The notes beneath the pieces were generated by a model, which saw only the letters and a program-made list of their open reading frames with translations, was not told where the DNA came from and did no database searches. A DNA stretch of 64,000 nt. Origin: an uncultured Actinomycetota bacterium. GTDB taxonomy: Bacteria > Actinomycetota > Actinomycetes > JAFAQI01. The translations under genes were made by a program, and so were the position numbers. Below are positions 19,450-28,964 of this stretch, piece after piece. The stretch's first letter is position 1, and each line of letters opens with the position of its first letter. The stretch is from contig CAVYQE010000006.1 in the NCBI GenBank assembly GCA_963770565.1, positions 64,001 to 128,000 of the forward strand, given 5' to 3'.

Positions 19450-19526
19450 TGGTGGGCAGGGGCGGGGTCGAACCGCCGACCTTCCGCTTTTCAGGCGGAC
19501 GCTCGTACCAACTGAGCTACCTGCCC
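19450..19526 (-). tRNA. tRNA-Phe (GAA)
   Basis: Reverse complement GGGCAGGTAGCTCAGTTGGTACGAGCGTCCGCCTGAAAAGCGGAAGGTCGGCGGTTCGACCCCGCCCCTGCCCACCA: cloverleaf, anticodon loop CTGAAAA, encoded CCA. Confidence 0.97.
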
Positions 19527-19556
19527 CGGTAGGGACCGGTCGAGTCTAGAGGCAGT

Positions 19557-20714
19557 ATGGACGGGGTGACGATGACCGGTCCGCGCGGACGGCCTCGTCG
19601 CCGCGGGCGGGGGATCGCTGCCCGCTTGGATCCGCGCCGGGCGCGGTGGCTACGAAGCTCCCGCGGCCGGGCGCTGGCCGGCGCCGGCGTCGTCGCGGTG
19701 GCCGGCGTCGTGATCGGGGTCGTGCTCACGCTGGGCGGCGGGTCGCAGCCGAAGGCGCCGCTGGGGCCGGCGCCGCTGGGCAGCCACGGGTACGACGTGT
19801 CCTGGCCGCAGTGCTCAGGCGTTTCCGCGGAGACGTTGCCCGCCGGTCGGCCGCCGTACGTGCTGCTCGGGCTGACCCACGGAGCGGGCAACACGGTGAA
19901 CCCGTGCCTGGCCGCGCAGCTGGCCTGGGCGAAGACCAACGGCGTGCGGGTCGGGGCGTATGCGGTGGTGTCGTACCCGACCGCGGAGGCGCTGGCTGCG
20001 TCGGCCAGCGGACCGTTGGCGTCGTGCGGGTCGTCGGTGCGCTGCGAGCTGCGCAACAACGGGGCGGCGCAGGTGCAGGCGGCGCTCGCGACGATGCGCT
20101 CGGCCGGGCTGACGGTGCCGCGGCTGTGGCTCGACGTCGAGGTGGGCAACTCGGTGCCATGGTCAGCCCGGGTCGTGCGGAACGTCGCCGTGCTGCGCGG
20201 CGCGGTCGCCGCGCTTCGGGCGGCCAACGAGCCGGTCGGGGTCTACACGACCTCGGCGATGTGGACGCAGATCACCCGCGGCTACCGGCTCGACGTGCCG
20301 AACTGGCTGCCCAGCGGAGACGGCAAGCCGCACCACGCCGCCCGGCTGTGCCGGGCGACCGCGACCGGCGGGGTGACCTGGCTGGTGCAGTACACCCGCG
20401 GGCTCGACTCGGACCTGACCTGCCCGGTGCTGGCCGCCGTACGCGGGAAGCCGGGGCCGCTGTGGCCGTACCGGAACTCGACGGTCGCGGCGGGGGCGTC
20501 GGGTGCGGCGGTGAGCGCGGTGCAGCAGCAGGTGGCCACGCCGGTGACCGGGTCGTACTCCGCGGCGACCGTGACCGCGGTCAAGACCTGGCAGTCCGAG
20601 AACCACCTTTCGGTCACCGGCACCGTGACGCCCGTGGACTGGAAGGCGATGGGCGCGGATCAACTCCGCGGCGGCCGACCGCTGCAGCTGGCCCGCTTCG
20701 CCAGCTCGCCGTAA
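19557..20714 (+). CDS. Membrane-anchored GH25-like (DUF1906-type) cell-wall hydrolase with C-terminal peptidoglycan-binding domain
   Basis: TM segment; GYDVSWPQC; WLDVE; VGVYTTSAMW; C-terminal G.SG.AV.AVQ..T.TAVKTWQSEN.LSVTG.V..W. Confidence 0.7.
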   Translation: MDGVTMTGPRGRPRRRGRGIAARLDPRRARWLRSSRGRALAGAGVVAVAGVVIGVVLTLGGGSQPKAPLGPAPLGSHGYDVSWPQCSGVSAETLPAGRPPYVLLGLTHGAGNTVNPCLAAQLAWAKTNGVRVGAYAVVSYPTAEALAASASGPLASCGSSVRCELRNNGAAQVQAALATMRSAGLTVPRLWLDVEVGNSVPWSARVVRNVAVLRGAVAALRAANEPVGVYTTSAMWTQITRGYRLDVPNWLPSGDGKPHHAARLCRATATGGVTWLVQYTRGLDSDLTCPVLAAVRGKPGPLWPYRNSTVAAGASGAAVSAVQQQVATPVTGSYSAATVTAVKTWQSENHLSVTGTVTPVDWKAMGADQLRGGRPLQLARFASSP

Positions 20715-20852
20715 ACCCTGCCATCCGGTCGGGCCGCAGGGATCGCGTTGATGCGCCCGGTCTGGCCCATCTGACCCAACGTGGTCGAAAGCGATAGCAG
20801 AACCTGGTCCAAAACGTTATCGAGATCTGGTCCAAAGCGTTACTCTGCTTCT

Positions 20853-22091
20853 ATGGCTACGGAGTATTTGCCGAGGCTGATTGATGCGGATCTGCGTGCG
20901 CTCTTCGAGGAACTGCCGGCGCTGATGGTCGTCGGTCCTCGCGCGACGGGCAAGACCACTACCGCGCAGCAGATGGCAGCGAGCCTCGTCCGGTTGGATC
21001 AGCCAGCAGAGGCCGCGGCCTTCAATGCGGATCCAGATGCGGCACTTGCCACCATGGCCGAGCCGGTGCTGCTGGACGAGTGGCAGGCGGTTCCTTCCGT
21101 TCTTGGTGCAGTCAAGCGAGCGGTTGATGCTGAGCCGCGTCCTGGCCGTTTCCTGTTGATCGGTAGCGTCCGGGCCGACCTGCAGGCGGAGACTTGGCCG
21201 GGCACCGGCCGGGTGATCCGGCGATCGATGTATGGGCTCACCGAGCGCGAGTTGGTTGGTCGTACCGACGGCCCCACGTTCCTTGACCGGCTGGCGACGA
21301 ACGATCTGGCGAGGCTCGCCCCGCCGCCATCGCCGCCAGACCTGAGCGGGTACGTCGACCTCGCTCTGGCCGGCGGCTATCCAGAACCAGTCCTACGCCT
21401 GTCCGGCCGGGCGCGTGTCGCCTGGGCCGAGGGGTATCTCGACCAGTTGCTCACCCGAGACGCGGCCACTGCGTCAGGCCGGCGCCCGCTCCAGCTTCGC
21501 CGCTATTTCGAGGCGCTCGCGCTCAATACGGCCGGCGTGGTTGAGCACAAGACCCTTTACGACGCTGCGCAGATCAACCGCCTCACCGCCGACGCTTACG
21601 ATTCCCTGCTCGCGGACTTGTTCGTCGTGGATGCGGTTCCGGCTTGGTTGACCAACCGGTTATCCCGTCTCACCAAGGCTTCGAAGCGTTACGTCGTCGA
21701 CCCGTCATTGGTAGCCGCGGCGCTGCGCCTCGATCGCACTGCTGTGCTTCGCGACGGTGACCTGCTTGGCCGGCTCATCGACACCTACGTCGCCGCGCAG
21801 CTGCGCCCGGAGCTCGAGCTCTCGTCGCCAGGTGCTCGGCTACACCACCTGAGGGAGAAGAACGGCCGGCACGAAATTGATCTGCTGGCCGAGCTTGCGG
21901 CGCATCGAGTGATCGCGATCGAAGTGAAGGCGAGCGCCGCACCGGGCGGTGGCGACGCACGGCATCTGACCTGGTTGCGCGATCAGCTGGACGATCGGTT
22001 CGTTGCCGGGGCGGTCCTGCATACCGGCCCGAGAGCGTTCTCACTCGATGACCGGATATACGCCCTGCCGATCGCCTCGATCTGGAGTTGA
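20853..22091 (+). CDS. AAA+ ATPase with C-terminal DUF4143 (PD-(D/E)xK-like) domain
   Basis: GPRATGKTT, LLDEWQ, FLLIGS, GGYP, KRYVVDP, EIDLL..IAIEVKAS. Confidence 0.85.
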   Translation: MATEYLPRLIDADLRALFEELPALMVVGPRATGKTTTAQQMAASLVRLDQPAEAAAFNADPDAALATMAEPVLLDEWQAVPSVLGAVKRAVDAEPRPGRFLLIGSVRADLQAETWPGTGRVIRRSMYGLTERELVGRTDGPTFLDRLATNDLARLAPPPSPPDLSGYVDLALAGGYPEPVLRLSGRARVAWAEGYLDQLLTRDAATASGRRPLQLRRYFEALALNTAGVVEHKTLYDAAQINRLTADAYDSLLADLFVVDAVPAWLTNRLSRLTKASKRYVVDPSLVAAALRLDRTAVLRDGDLLGRLIDTYVAAQLRPELELSSPGARLHHLREKNGRHEIDLLAELAAHRVIAIEVKASAAPGGGDARHLTWLRDQLDDRFVAGAVLHTGPRAFSLDDRIYALPIASIWS

Positions 22092-22141
22092 CGCCGTTGA
22101 GCTGGCCCGCTTCGCCGACTCCCCGTAGGGCGGCGGCGCGG

Positions 22142-23479
22142 TCAGATCGGCTCGTTCGGGTGGCTCGGTGTCGAGTAGCCGGCTTCGTTGAAGGCGATGA
22201 CGTCGTAGAAGAAGCCTTTGTGCGGCTTGGACTTCGTGTAAGAGCGAGCAGTGGCTGACGTGGTCTCGACGACCGTCCACGGGCCACCCTTCTTGTGGGC
22301 CCGGCGTACCTCGTAGCCGAGGATCCCGCCGCCGGTCACGTGCGGGGCTGACCAGGTGATCCGGAGCTTCTTCTTCGTCGCGTGCGTTTTCACTGCTGCC
22401 GGTACGCCGGGCGGCACGATGAAGACGGCGATGCTGGAGGGCTGGTTCAGGTCGGTGCCCAGGAACAGTCGCTGCGGGCCGACGTTCCCGTGCTGGGTCG
22501 GGCCGAAGCGGGAGACCTCGTTGTTGAGGGTGTTGGGCACCCAGATGTTGCCGACCGCGTCGAGCGCAGGCAACTGAGGCTGGCTCAGCCCGGTGTTCTC
22601 GCCGCTGACCTCCTCGGCCGGCTTTGAATCGCCGTGGGCGCCCGGCGCGAAGCTCAGGAGCGCCGAGGGGTGGTCCAGGTTCTCGTCAACGGCGATCGGG
22701 TCGTTGCCGGCGACCCCGACCGCCACTCCGCCGGGCTTGTTCAGCTGGGTGTCGAGGCCGCTGATCACGTTGATTGGCTTGGCGTTGCCGTGCGCCGTAC
22801 CACTGAACTCCACCAGCGAAGGCGGCGCCGGGCCCTTCCTCATCCGATACTCGCTGACCCAGACCCGGGTGCCGTCCGGGCTGGCCGCGATGCCGCTGAG
22901 GTCGGCGAGCTGGGTGTTGCTGCCGGCGATCGTGCGGATCGGCGCGACATTGCCGTGCGAACCGGCGGCGTACTCCGTGATCGTGCTGGTGCCCTGGTTG
23001 GCCACCCACGCGTTGCCCTTCTGGGTGAGCGCGATCGCGATCGGCGAGCTCAGGCCGGTCTTGGCGCCGGAGATCGTGACCGCCGGCTTGGCGTCGACGA
23101 TCCCCCCGCCGGTGGGTGGGGCGAAGGCGAGGATCGAGTTGCCGCCGAGGTTCGCGACCCAGACCCGACCGTGGTGGTCGATGGCCACGCCTCGCGGGTC
23201 GTTCAACGTGGTATCCACACCCGTGATTTCGACGATCGGACTCTGGTCGACCGGGGCGTTGGGGCCGGGCGCCGCGAACTCCAGAAGGTCGCCGACGGGG
23301 GGCGAACTGATCCAAAGCGTCCCGTACGGCGGGAGCTTGACGGCGACAGTGGGACGCGCCAGGTGTGCATGCGCCGGAAGTGCCGACGCGAAGGTGAGCA
23401 GGCCGGCGACAACCGCAAACGCCGCCCCAGAGCGCAAGCCCACCCGATGACGTACCGGTATGCGTTGGCTAGCGCTCAC
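22142..23479 (-). CDS. Secreted NHL-repeat beta-propeller + fibronectin type III protein
   Basis: Signal peptide ..ALPAHA; repeats LNDPRGVAID..GRVWVAN, LSSPIAIAL..WVAN; FN3 WSAP..GG.ILGYEV..YDVIAFNEAGYS. Confidence 0.75.
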   Translation of the reverse strand: MSASQRIPVRHRVGLRSGAAFAVVAGLLTFASALPAHAHLARPTVAVKLPPYGTLWISSPPVGDLLEFAAPGPNAPVDQSPIVEITGVDTTLNDPRGVAIDHHGRVWVANLGGNSILAFAPPTGGGIVDAKPAVTISGAKTGLSSPIAIALTQKGNAWVANQGTSTITEYAAGSHGNVAPIRTIAGSNTQLADLSGIAASPDGTRVWVSEYRMRKGPAPPSLVEFSGTAHGNAKPINVISGLDTQLNKPGGVAVGVAGNDPIAVDENLDHPSALLSFAPGAHGDSKPAEEVSGENTGLSQPQLPALDAVGNIWVPNTLNNEVSRFGPTQHGNVGPQRLFLGTDLNQPSSIAVFIVPPGVPAAVKTHATKKKLRITWSAPHVTGGGILGYEVRRAHKKGGPWTVVETTSATARSYTKSKPHKGFFYDVIAFNEAGYSTPSHPNEPI

Positions 23480-23762
23480 GGCAACTCCCAAGATCTGCGT
23501 CGCGGCAATATATCGGCCGCATGTCGGCCGGGGAAACGAAACCACCACTTGTGATGGAGGACTTAGCGCGGACTTGGATCGTCCGGAAGACAGAGCCAAC
23601 CCGTCCGCCCAGGGACCGGACACTTTGGGGGTTCATCGGAGGGGGTCACCTTGATGCGACGCACCTCCGCTTGTGCAGTCGAGGTTGGACGCGGCACGAT
23701 TTGCCCAAGGCAGGTCGCACAGCGCGTGGCGCGGCGGCCCCTGGTGGAGCGGGAGGCGGCCT

Positions 23763-24698
23763 GTGCGGGCATACGTCGGTGTCACCGACGGCGATTGGTA
23801 CCACTTTCTTGCCGCGCGGCCCGAGATCAAGGAGGTTAACTTCTGGCAGCCAAGTGGTGGGCGCGTATTTCGTGCGCTCGAGCCGGGCGAGCCGTTCATG
23901 TTCAAGACGCACCATCCACACAATCGAGTCGTCGGAGGTGGATTCTTTAGCGGCTTCGCCGTACTGCCCTTGTCAGAGGCCTGGGCTCTGTTTGGCGAGG
24001 CGAACGGAGCCGAGGACATCGTTACGATGCGGCACCGGATCGGTCGGTATCGGCGAGCTCCGATCGCGCCCGACGAGGACCCACCGATTGGTTCGATCTT
24101 CGTCAGAGACGTCGCGTTCTACTCTCCGGGTCTTGAGATGGGTCCGCCGCCCGCGTTCGCCGCGAACATCGTGCAGGGCAAGACCTATCCGCTAGCCAAC
24201 GAGCACGCCGCGTCGTACTTCGAGGAGGCTCTACGACGGCTACTGGGACACGATTTCGGCGGCGACCTGGAGACCGCGTGGGATCTGCCCGGCCCCGTGT
24301 TCGGAGATCCCCGGCTCGCTCCCCGGCGCCTGGGGCAACGGGCCTTTCAAGCTGTTGTTGCGAACGCCTACCACCGTCGCTGCGCCATCACAGGCGACCG
24401 AATTCGCCCGGTGTTGCAGGCAGCACACATCAAGCCGGTCACGGCCGGCGGTGAGCATCGGCTCGACAACGGGCTGTTGCTGCGTTCGGACGCGCACACT
24501 CTGTTCGACGCCGGATACCTCGGGGTTGATCCGATGCACCGGCTAATGGTGAGCCCTCGGCTGCGAAGCGAGTTCGGGAATGGCGATGAGTTCTACGCGC
24601 GTGCCGGCGAGATGATCGACCTGCCGGATCGTCGGGTCGACCGACCAAGTCCCGAGTTCCTGGAGTGGCACCTGGACGAGAAGTACCTGGCGTCCTAG
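23763..24698 (+). CDS. HNH endonuclease with N-terminal putative DNA-recognition domain (restriction-like)
   Basis: GTG after GGGAGG; N-terminal GVTDGDWY..EVNFWQP..FMFK; C-terminal CAITG..LQAAHIKP..NGLLLRSDAHTLFDAG. Confidence 0.85.
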   Translation: MRAYVGVTDGDWYHFLAARPEIKEVNFWQPSGGRVFRALEPGEPFMFKTHHPHNRVVGGGFFSGFAVLPLSEAWALFGEANGAEDIVTMRHRIGRYRRAPIAPDEDPPIGSIFVRDVAFYSPGLEMGPPPAFAANIVQGKTYPLANEHAASYFEEALRRLLGHDFGGDLETAWDLPGPVFGDPRLAPRRLGQRAFQAVVANAYHRRCAITGDRIRPVLQAAHIKPVTAGGEHRLDNGLLLRSDAHTLFDAGYLGVDPMHRLMVSPRLRSEFGNGDEFYARAGEMIDLPDRRVDRPSPEFLEWHLDEKYLAS

Positions 24699-24836
24699 CG
24701 ATCTCCAAGCCTTAAGGGCGTGTTGAAGGCACGGGCTGCCGCACCGATTCCTGCGGGCGTCGTCCCGACGGGCAATGGCTGAGGCGTGGCGTTGCCCCAC
24801 CTGACGCTGTCGGAGGAATAGGAGAAGCTGACAGGT

Positions 24837-27800
24837 GTGCAGCGCCTTGAGCCCGGGATCTATGAGTCACTCGTCACGGGTCGGATAGAACGGCTGATCG
24901 CAGCGCTCGACCCGGACCTAACAGCTCGGATTGCGGATCTTGGCGGCCCGGATTCCGCTGATCGACTCTCGCGGCACGTCGCTGAGCTGATCGGCCGCGC
25001 AATCGAAGCGTTTGCCGAGGACGAACGCGCAGCCGCGGCGGCGGAGCTCGTCGCGAATCTCATCGCCCGCCTTGCCGACCTCTCCGAGGGCGGGGTGGGA
25101 GGTCCGCTCGATCAGCTTGTGGGCACCGCACAGGTTTTGGAAGAGGTCGTTCGCCGTCGGCCAGACGGTTCATCGGTCGCGCTCGAACGTCCGCTCACGC
25201 CGCTCCTCGACACCACGATCCTGACGAACTCGCACGGTGAGCCGCAGGTCGGGCGGGAGTTGCTCGCCGAGTGTGGATCGGCTGACCGCATCGATGCCCT
25301 GGTCGCTTTTGTACGGTGGAGCGGTATCCGCTCGATGGTTGACGAGCTGCGCCGGGCAGCTGAGCAGGGCCGCACAGTGCGCGTGCTGACCACGACGTAC
25401 ACCAACTCGACCGAGTCTCGCGCACTGGATGCGCTCGCCCAACTTGGCGCGGAGGTACGGGTCTCCTACGACACCTCGCTGACCAGGCTTCATGCCAAGG
25501 CGTGGCTGTTCCATCGTGCCAGCGGCTTCTCCACGGCATACATCGGCTCGTCAAACCTCACCTTTTCCGCACAGCAGACCGGGCTTGAGTGGAACGTGCG
25601 GATTTCTGGAGCTAGGAACCCCGATGTCGTGGGCAAGATGTCCGCAGTCTTTGACAGTTACTGGCAGAACGGCGACTTTGTCCCGTACAACCGCGAGGAA
25701 TTTCTTGCCCGAACCCAGCTCGAGCAACGCGGATCGCTGACACTTCCCGCGATCGAGTTGGTGTTGCGGCCCTTCCAGGAGCAGCTGCTCGAGCAGCTCG
25801 ACCTGGCCCGCTCGCGTGGCCATCATCGAAACCTGGTCGTGGCTGCAACCGGCACTGGCAAGACCGTCATGGCTGCGTGGGATTACGCCCGGCTGCGTCG
25901 CAACTTGCCCCGCGCTCGTCTGCTGTTCGTCGCGCACCGTGACGAGATCTTGGAGCAGAGCCGCGCGACATTTGCCCTTGCGATGCGCGATGCGACCTTC
26001 GGGGAGCGCTGGGTGGGCGGCGATCGGCCCCAACGTTTTGAGCACGTCTTTGCCTCAATACAGAGCCTGAACGCTGCAGGCGTCGAGCATGTTGGTCCGG
26101 ACCATTTCGACGTAGTAATCGTTGATGAGTTTCACCATGCGGCAGCGCCGTCGTATCAGGCTCTCTTGCGACGCGTACAGCCTCGCGAGCTTCTCGGGCT
26201 GACGGCGACGCCTGAACGTGCTGACGGTCTTGACGTTCTGGAGTTCTTCGATGGTCGAATTGCGGCCGAGCTGCGGCTGTGGGACGCGATCGACCAACAA
26301 CACCTCTGCCCATTCGACTACTTCGGTGTCTATGACGGTGCGGACCTACGCGCGGTGACCTGGCGGCGTGGGCAGGGCTACGACCCGACTGAGCTGACGA
26401 ACGTGCTGACAGCCGACGATGTGTGGGCTAACCGCGTCATTGAACAGGTCGACGCGACGATCACCGACCCGAGGCGGATGCGGGCGCTCGGGTTCTGCGT
26501 CGGCGTCGGTCACGCGAAGTTCATGGCCGAGAGGTTCCGACGGGCGGGGATTCCTGCAGTGGCCGTGTCTGGGGAATCGCCGATGGACGAACGACGCCAA
26601 GCGCTGGCCGACTTACGGGATGGCAGGGTGGCGGTCATCTTCACGGTTGACCTGTTCAACGAAGGCATCGACCTGCCAGCGGTCGACACGCTTCTAATGC
26701 TCCGGCCCACTGACAGCCCGACCCTGTTCATGCAGCAGCTCGGGCGTGGTCTGCGCAAGGCGGCCGACAAGCCGGTGTGCACGGTCCTCGATTTCGTCTC
26801 AAACCACCGCAAGGAGTTCCGCTACGACCGGCGCTTCGGAGCGCTATTGGGCGGTTCCCGCCCGGCGTTGGCGCGGCAGGTGGAGGGCGGGTTTCCGTTT
26901 CTTCCGGCAGGCTGCCAGATCACACTCGACCGCGTCGCGCGCGACGTAGTCCTCAGGAGCATCAAGGAGTCGGTCCCCAACCGCTGGCGGGACAAGTGCG
27001 CCGAACTCCACTCGATCGGAGACGTCAGCCTCGCCAAGTTCCTCGAGGAGTCAGGTCTTGACCTCGATGACATCTACGACGGCCGACACTCTTGGACGGA
27101 GATGCGCCGTAACGTCGGCTTCGAAGAGGGAGCGGAGACGCCTGAGCAACCAGCGATGCTTCGAGCGGTCGGGCGGCTCAGCTACGTCGACGACGACGAG
27201 CGGCTGGACACATATCGCCGCCTCATCGCTCGCGCGGCGCCGCCGACTCTCGATTCGATGCCGGTGCGCGAGCAGCGCCTCCTCCGAATGTTGGTCGACT
27301 CGATCTCATCGCTTCCTAAAGCCTCGCCGGTTGAACAGGGAATCGCGCAACTGTGGGCGAATGTGCCGGTTCGAGCAGAGCTCGGTGAGCTGCTCGACGT
27401 CCTCCAAGGGAGGACTACTCATCTCACCCCGGCGCTCGAGCCGCTTGGAGTCGTGCCGCTGCGGATCCACGCACGGTATAGCCGACTCGAGATTCTTGCC
27501 GCGCTCGGTGCCAAACCGATCAACTGGCAGACCGGTGTCCTGTGGGACGAAGCGAGCAAGACAGACCTGTTCGCTTTCACTCTGGACAAGAGTTATGGCG
27601 GGTTCTCCCCGACGACCCGGTACCGCGACTACGCGATCAGCCGAGACTTGATTCATTGGGAGAGCCAATCCAGGACGTCCGAGGCCGGCGGCACCGGGCA
27701 GCGTTACATCCACCATGAGACGCTCGGCACCCGAATCTTGCTCTTCGCGCGCCTGAGCGTCGGCGACGGATCGTTCTGGTGCCTCGGGCCAGGTAGATAT

Positions 27801-27899
27801 GTGAGCCACAACGGTGAGCGACCAATCTCATTCACCTTGCGGCTCGACCACCGGCTGCCGGCCGACCTTTACACGTCCTTCGCGGCGGCTGTGGCATAG
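24837..27899 (+). CDS. PLD nuclease + SF2 helicase + DUF3427 protein (SauUSI-like type IV restriction architecture)
   Basis: PLD RLHAKAWLF..IGSSNLT..EWN; ATGTGKT; DEFHH; GLTATPER; DLFNEGID; QQLGRGLR; C-terminal FSPTTRYRDYAIS..HWESQS. Confidence 0.88.
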   Translation: MQRLEPGIYESLVTGRIERLIAALDPDLTARIADLGGPDSADRLSRHVAELIGRAIEAFAEDERAAAAAELVANLIARLADLSEGGVGGPLDQLVGTAQVLEEVVRRRPDGSSVALERPLTPLLDTTILTNSHGEPQVGRELLAECGSADRIDALVAFVRWSGIRSMVDELRRAAEQGRTVRVLTTTYTNSTESRALDALAQLGAEVRVSYDTSLTRLHAKAWLFHRASGFSTAYIGSSNLTFSAQQTGLEWNVRISGARNPDVVGKMSAVFDSYWQNGDFVPYNREEFLARTQLEQRGSLTLPAIELVLRPFQEQLLEQLDLARSRGHHRNLVVAATGTGKTVMAAWDYARLRRNLPRARLLFVAHRDEILEQSRATFALAMRDATFGERWVGGDRPQRFEHVFASIQSLNAAGVEHVGPDHFDVVIVDEFHHAAAPSYQALLRRVQPRELLGLTATPERADGLDVLEFFDGRIAAELRLWDAIDQQHLCPFDYFGVYDGADLRAVTWRRGQGYDPTELTNVLTADDVWANRVIEQVDATITDPRRMRALGFCVGVGHAKFMAERFRRAGIPAVAVSGESPMDERRQALADLRDGRVAVIFTVDLFNEGIDLPAVDTLLMLRPTDSPTLFMQQLGRGLRKAADKPVCTVLDFVSNHRKEFRYDRRFGALLGGSRPALARQVEGGFPFLPAGCQITLDRVARDVVLRSIKESVPNRWRDKCAELHSIGDVSLAKFLEESGLDLDDIYDGRHSWTEMRRNVGFEEGAETPEQPAMLRAVGRLSYVDDDERLDTYRRLIARAAPPTLDSMPVREQRLLRMLVDSISSLPKASPVEQGIAQLWANVPVRAELGELLDVLQGRTTHLTPALEPLGVVPLRIHARYSRLEILAALGAKPINWQTGVLWDEASKTDLFAFTLDKSYGGFSPTTRYRDYAISRDLIHWESQSRTSEAGGTGQRYIHHETLGTRILLFARLSVGDGSFWCLGPGRYVSHNGERPISFTLRLDHRLPADLYTSFAAAVA

Positions 27900-28014
27900 G
27901 CATCCTCTGAGGCGACGGAACAGTCCACGACCTGCGACGGAGTCTTCCCCACCCGCGATGGTCCGTAGGACCTTCGACTGATGCGGTGCATAGCGGGCGC
28001 CTGATCGATGACGT

Positions 28015-28893
28015 CTAGCCCTGCGCAGTGGCGCCTGATTGTGCGGGAGCCGAGCACGGGCATGCGCCGGATGGCGTCCAGGTCGTGCAGCGGCGAGCGG
28101 TATCGAAGAGCGCTGCGACCTCAGCGGGTGCCATTCGTCGGGGCGCCCGCCGAAACGCTCCAGGGATGTCCATCCGGTCTAGGACGCTGACATCGGAAGG
28201 CTGCTGTTTGATCGTGATCGTAGGGATCAATGACCCGGTCAGAAGGACGAGCACTGGACGCACCGGCACGGAAAGGCCGGTCGCATCGAACAGCAACTTC
28301 TCCGCGCGCTTTGCCTCGTGGCGTGACTTTGGGAGGTAGTCCGTAGGACATCCATCGACCCGGATCGCGTGGGCGCTGACCGAGACGTTGCGCCCCGGGC
28401 GGTTCTTCGTGTTGACCGTGTAGACGCCGCCCGGACCTATGAGCACATGGTCGATGTCGGCGCCGCGACTGCCGACGGGAACCGAGTGGAGCACGTGCCA
28501 GCCGTGTGCCGTCAGCTTCTCGAGCCGACCCCCGACCGTCTCCTCGCCGTCAGCGCCCACGCGCCAGGCCCGTTCGTCCGTCTTCATGTCCGTTGCGCGA
28601 GCGATGAAGGTCTTGAGTCGGCTCTGCTCCTTCATGTCGGCGAGCTCGTGTGCTGCTCGCTCACGCAGGCCCTGTCCGGGACGGCGATCGGATAGGTCGT
28701 GCCAAGTCGGCGCCGCGGTGTCGGCGAACCATCTTGCGACGGCGGCGTCGAACGCCCGCCGCTGGTTGGGGTCCATAACGGTACTCACGCCTGACTGCAG
28801 GTCGAGCCAGCCGACTCGCCGGCCTTCCGCGCCATTTACATACAGGCGGTCTTTGCCATAGCGCGTCCACCGGACGACTGCGAGGTCTGCCAC
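28015..28893 (-). CDS. NERD (nuclease-related domain) protein
   Basis: GADGEE.VG..L; ADIDHVLIGPGGVYTVNTK. Confidence 0.82.
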   Translation of the reverse strand: MADLAVVRWTRYGKDRLYVNGAEGRRVGWLDLQSGVSTVMDPNQRRAFDAAVARWFADTAAPTWHDLSDRRPGQGLRERAAHELADMKEQSRLKTFIARATDMKTDERAWRVGADGEETVGGRLEKLTAHGWHVLHSVPVGSRGADIDHVLIGPGGVYTVNTKNRPGRNVSVSAHAIRVDGCPTDYLPKSRHEAKRAEKLLFDATGLSVPVRPVLVLLTGSLIPTITIKQQPSDVSVLDRMDIPGAFRRAPRRMAPAEVAALFDTARRCTTWTPSGACPCSAPAQSGATAQG

Positions 28894-28964
28894 CTTTCCT
28901 GCCTCGGCAGGCGGTTAGGGCAGGTTCAGCCGCTCATGGGGTGAATGTTGCGGGCGGCTGCAAG

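Larger units (their letters stand above)
5511..19496. mobile_element. Integrative mobilizable element (~14 kb) inserted in tRNA-Phe
   Basis: Flanking 47-bp tRNA direct repeats, tyrosine integrase, excisionase, MobF relaxase; no T4SS or phage structural genes recognised. Confidence 0.9.

Noticed and set aside
5511-19496. Prophage
   Set aside because: No capsid, terminase, tail or lysis genes recognised; the relaxase points to a mobilizable element
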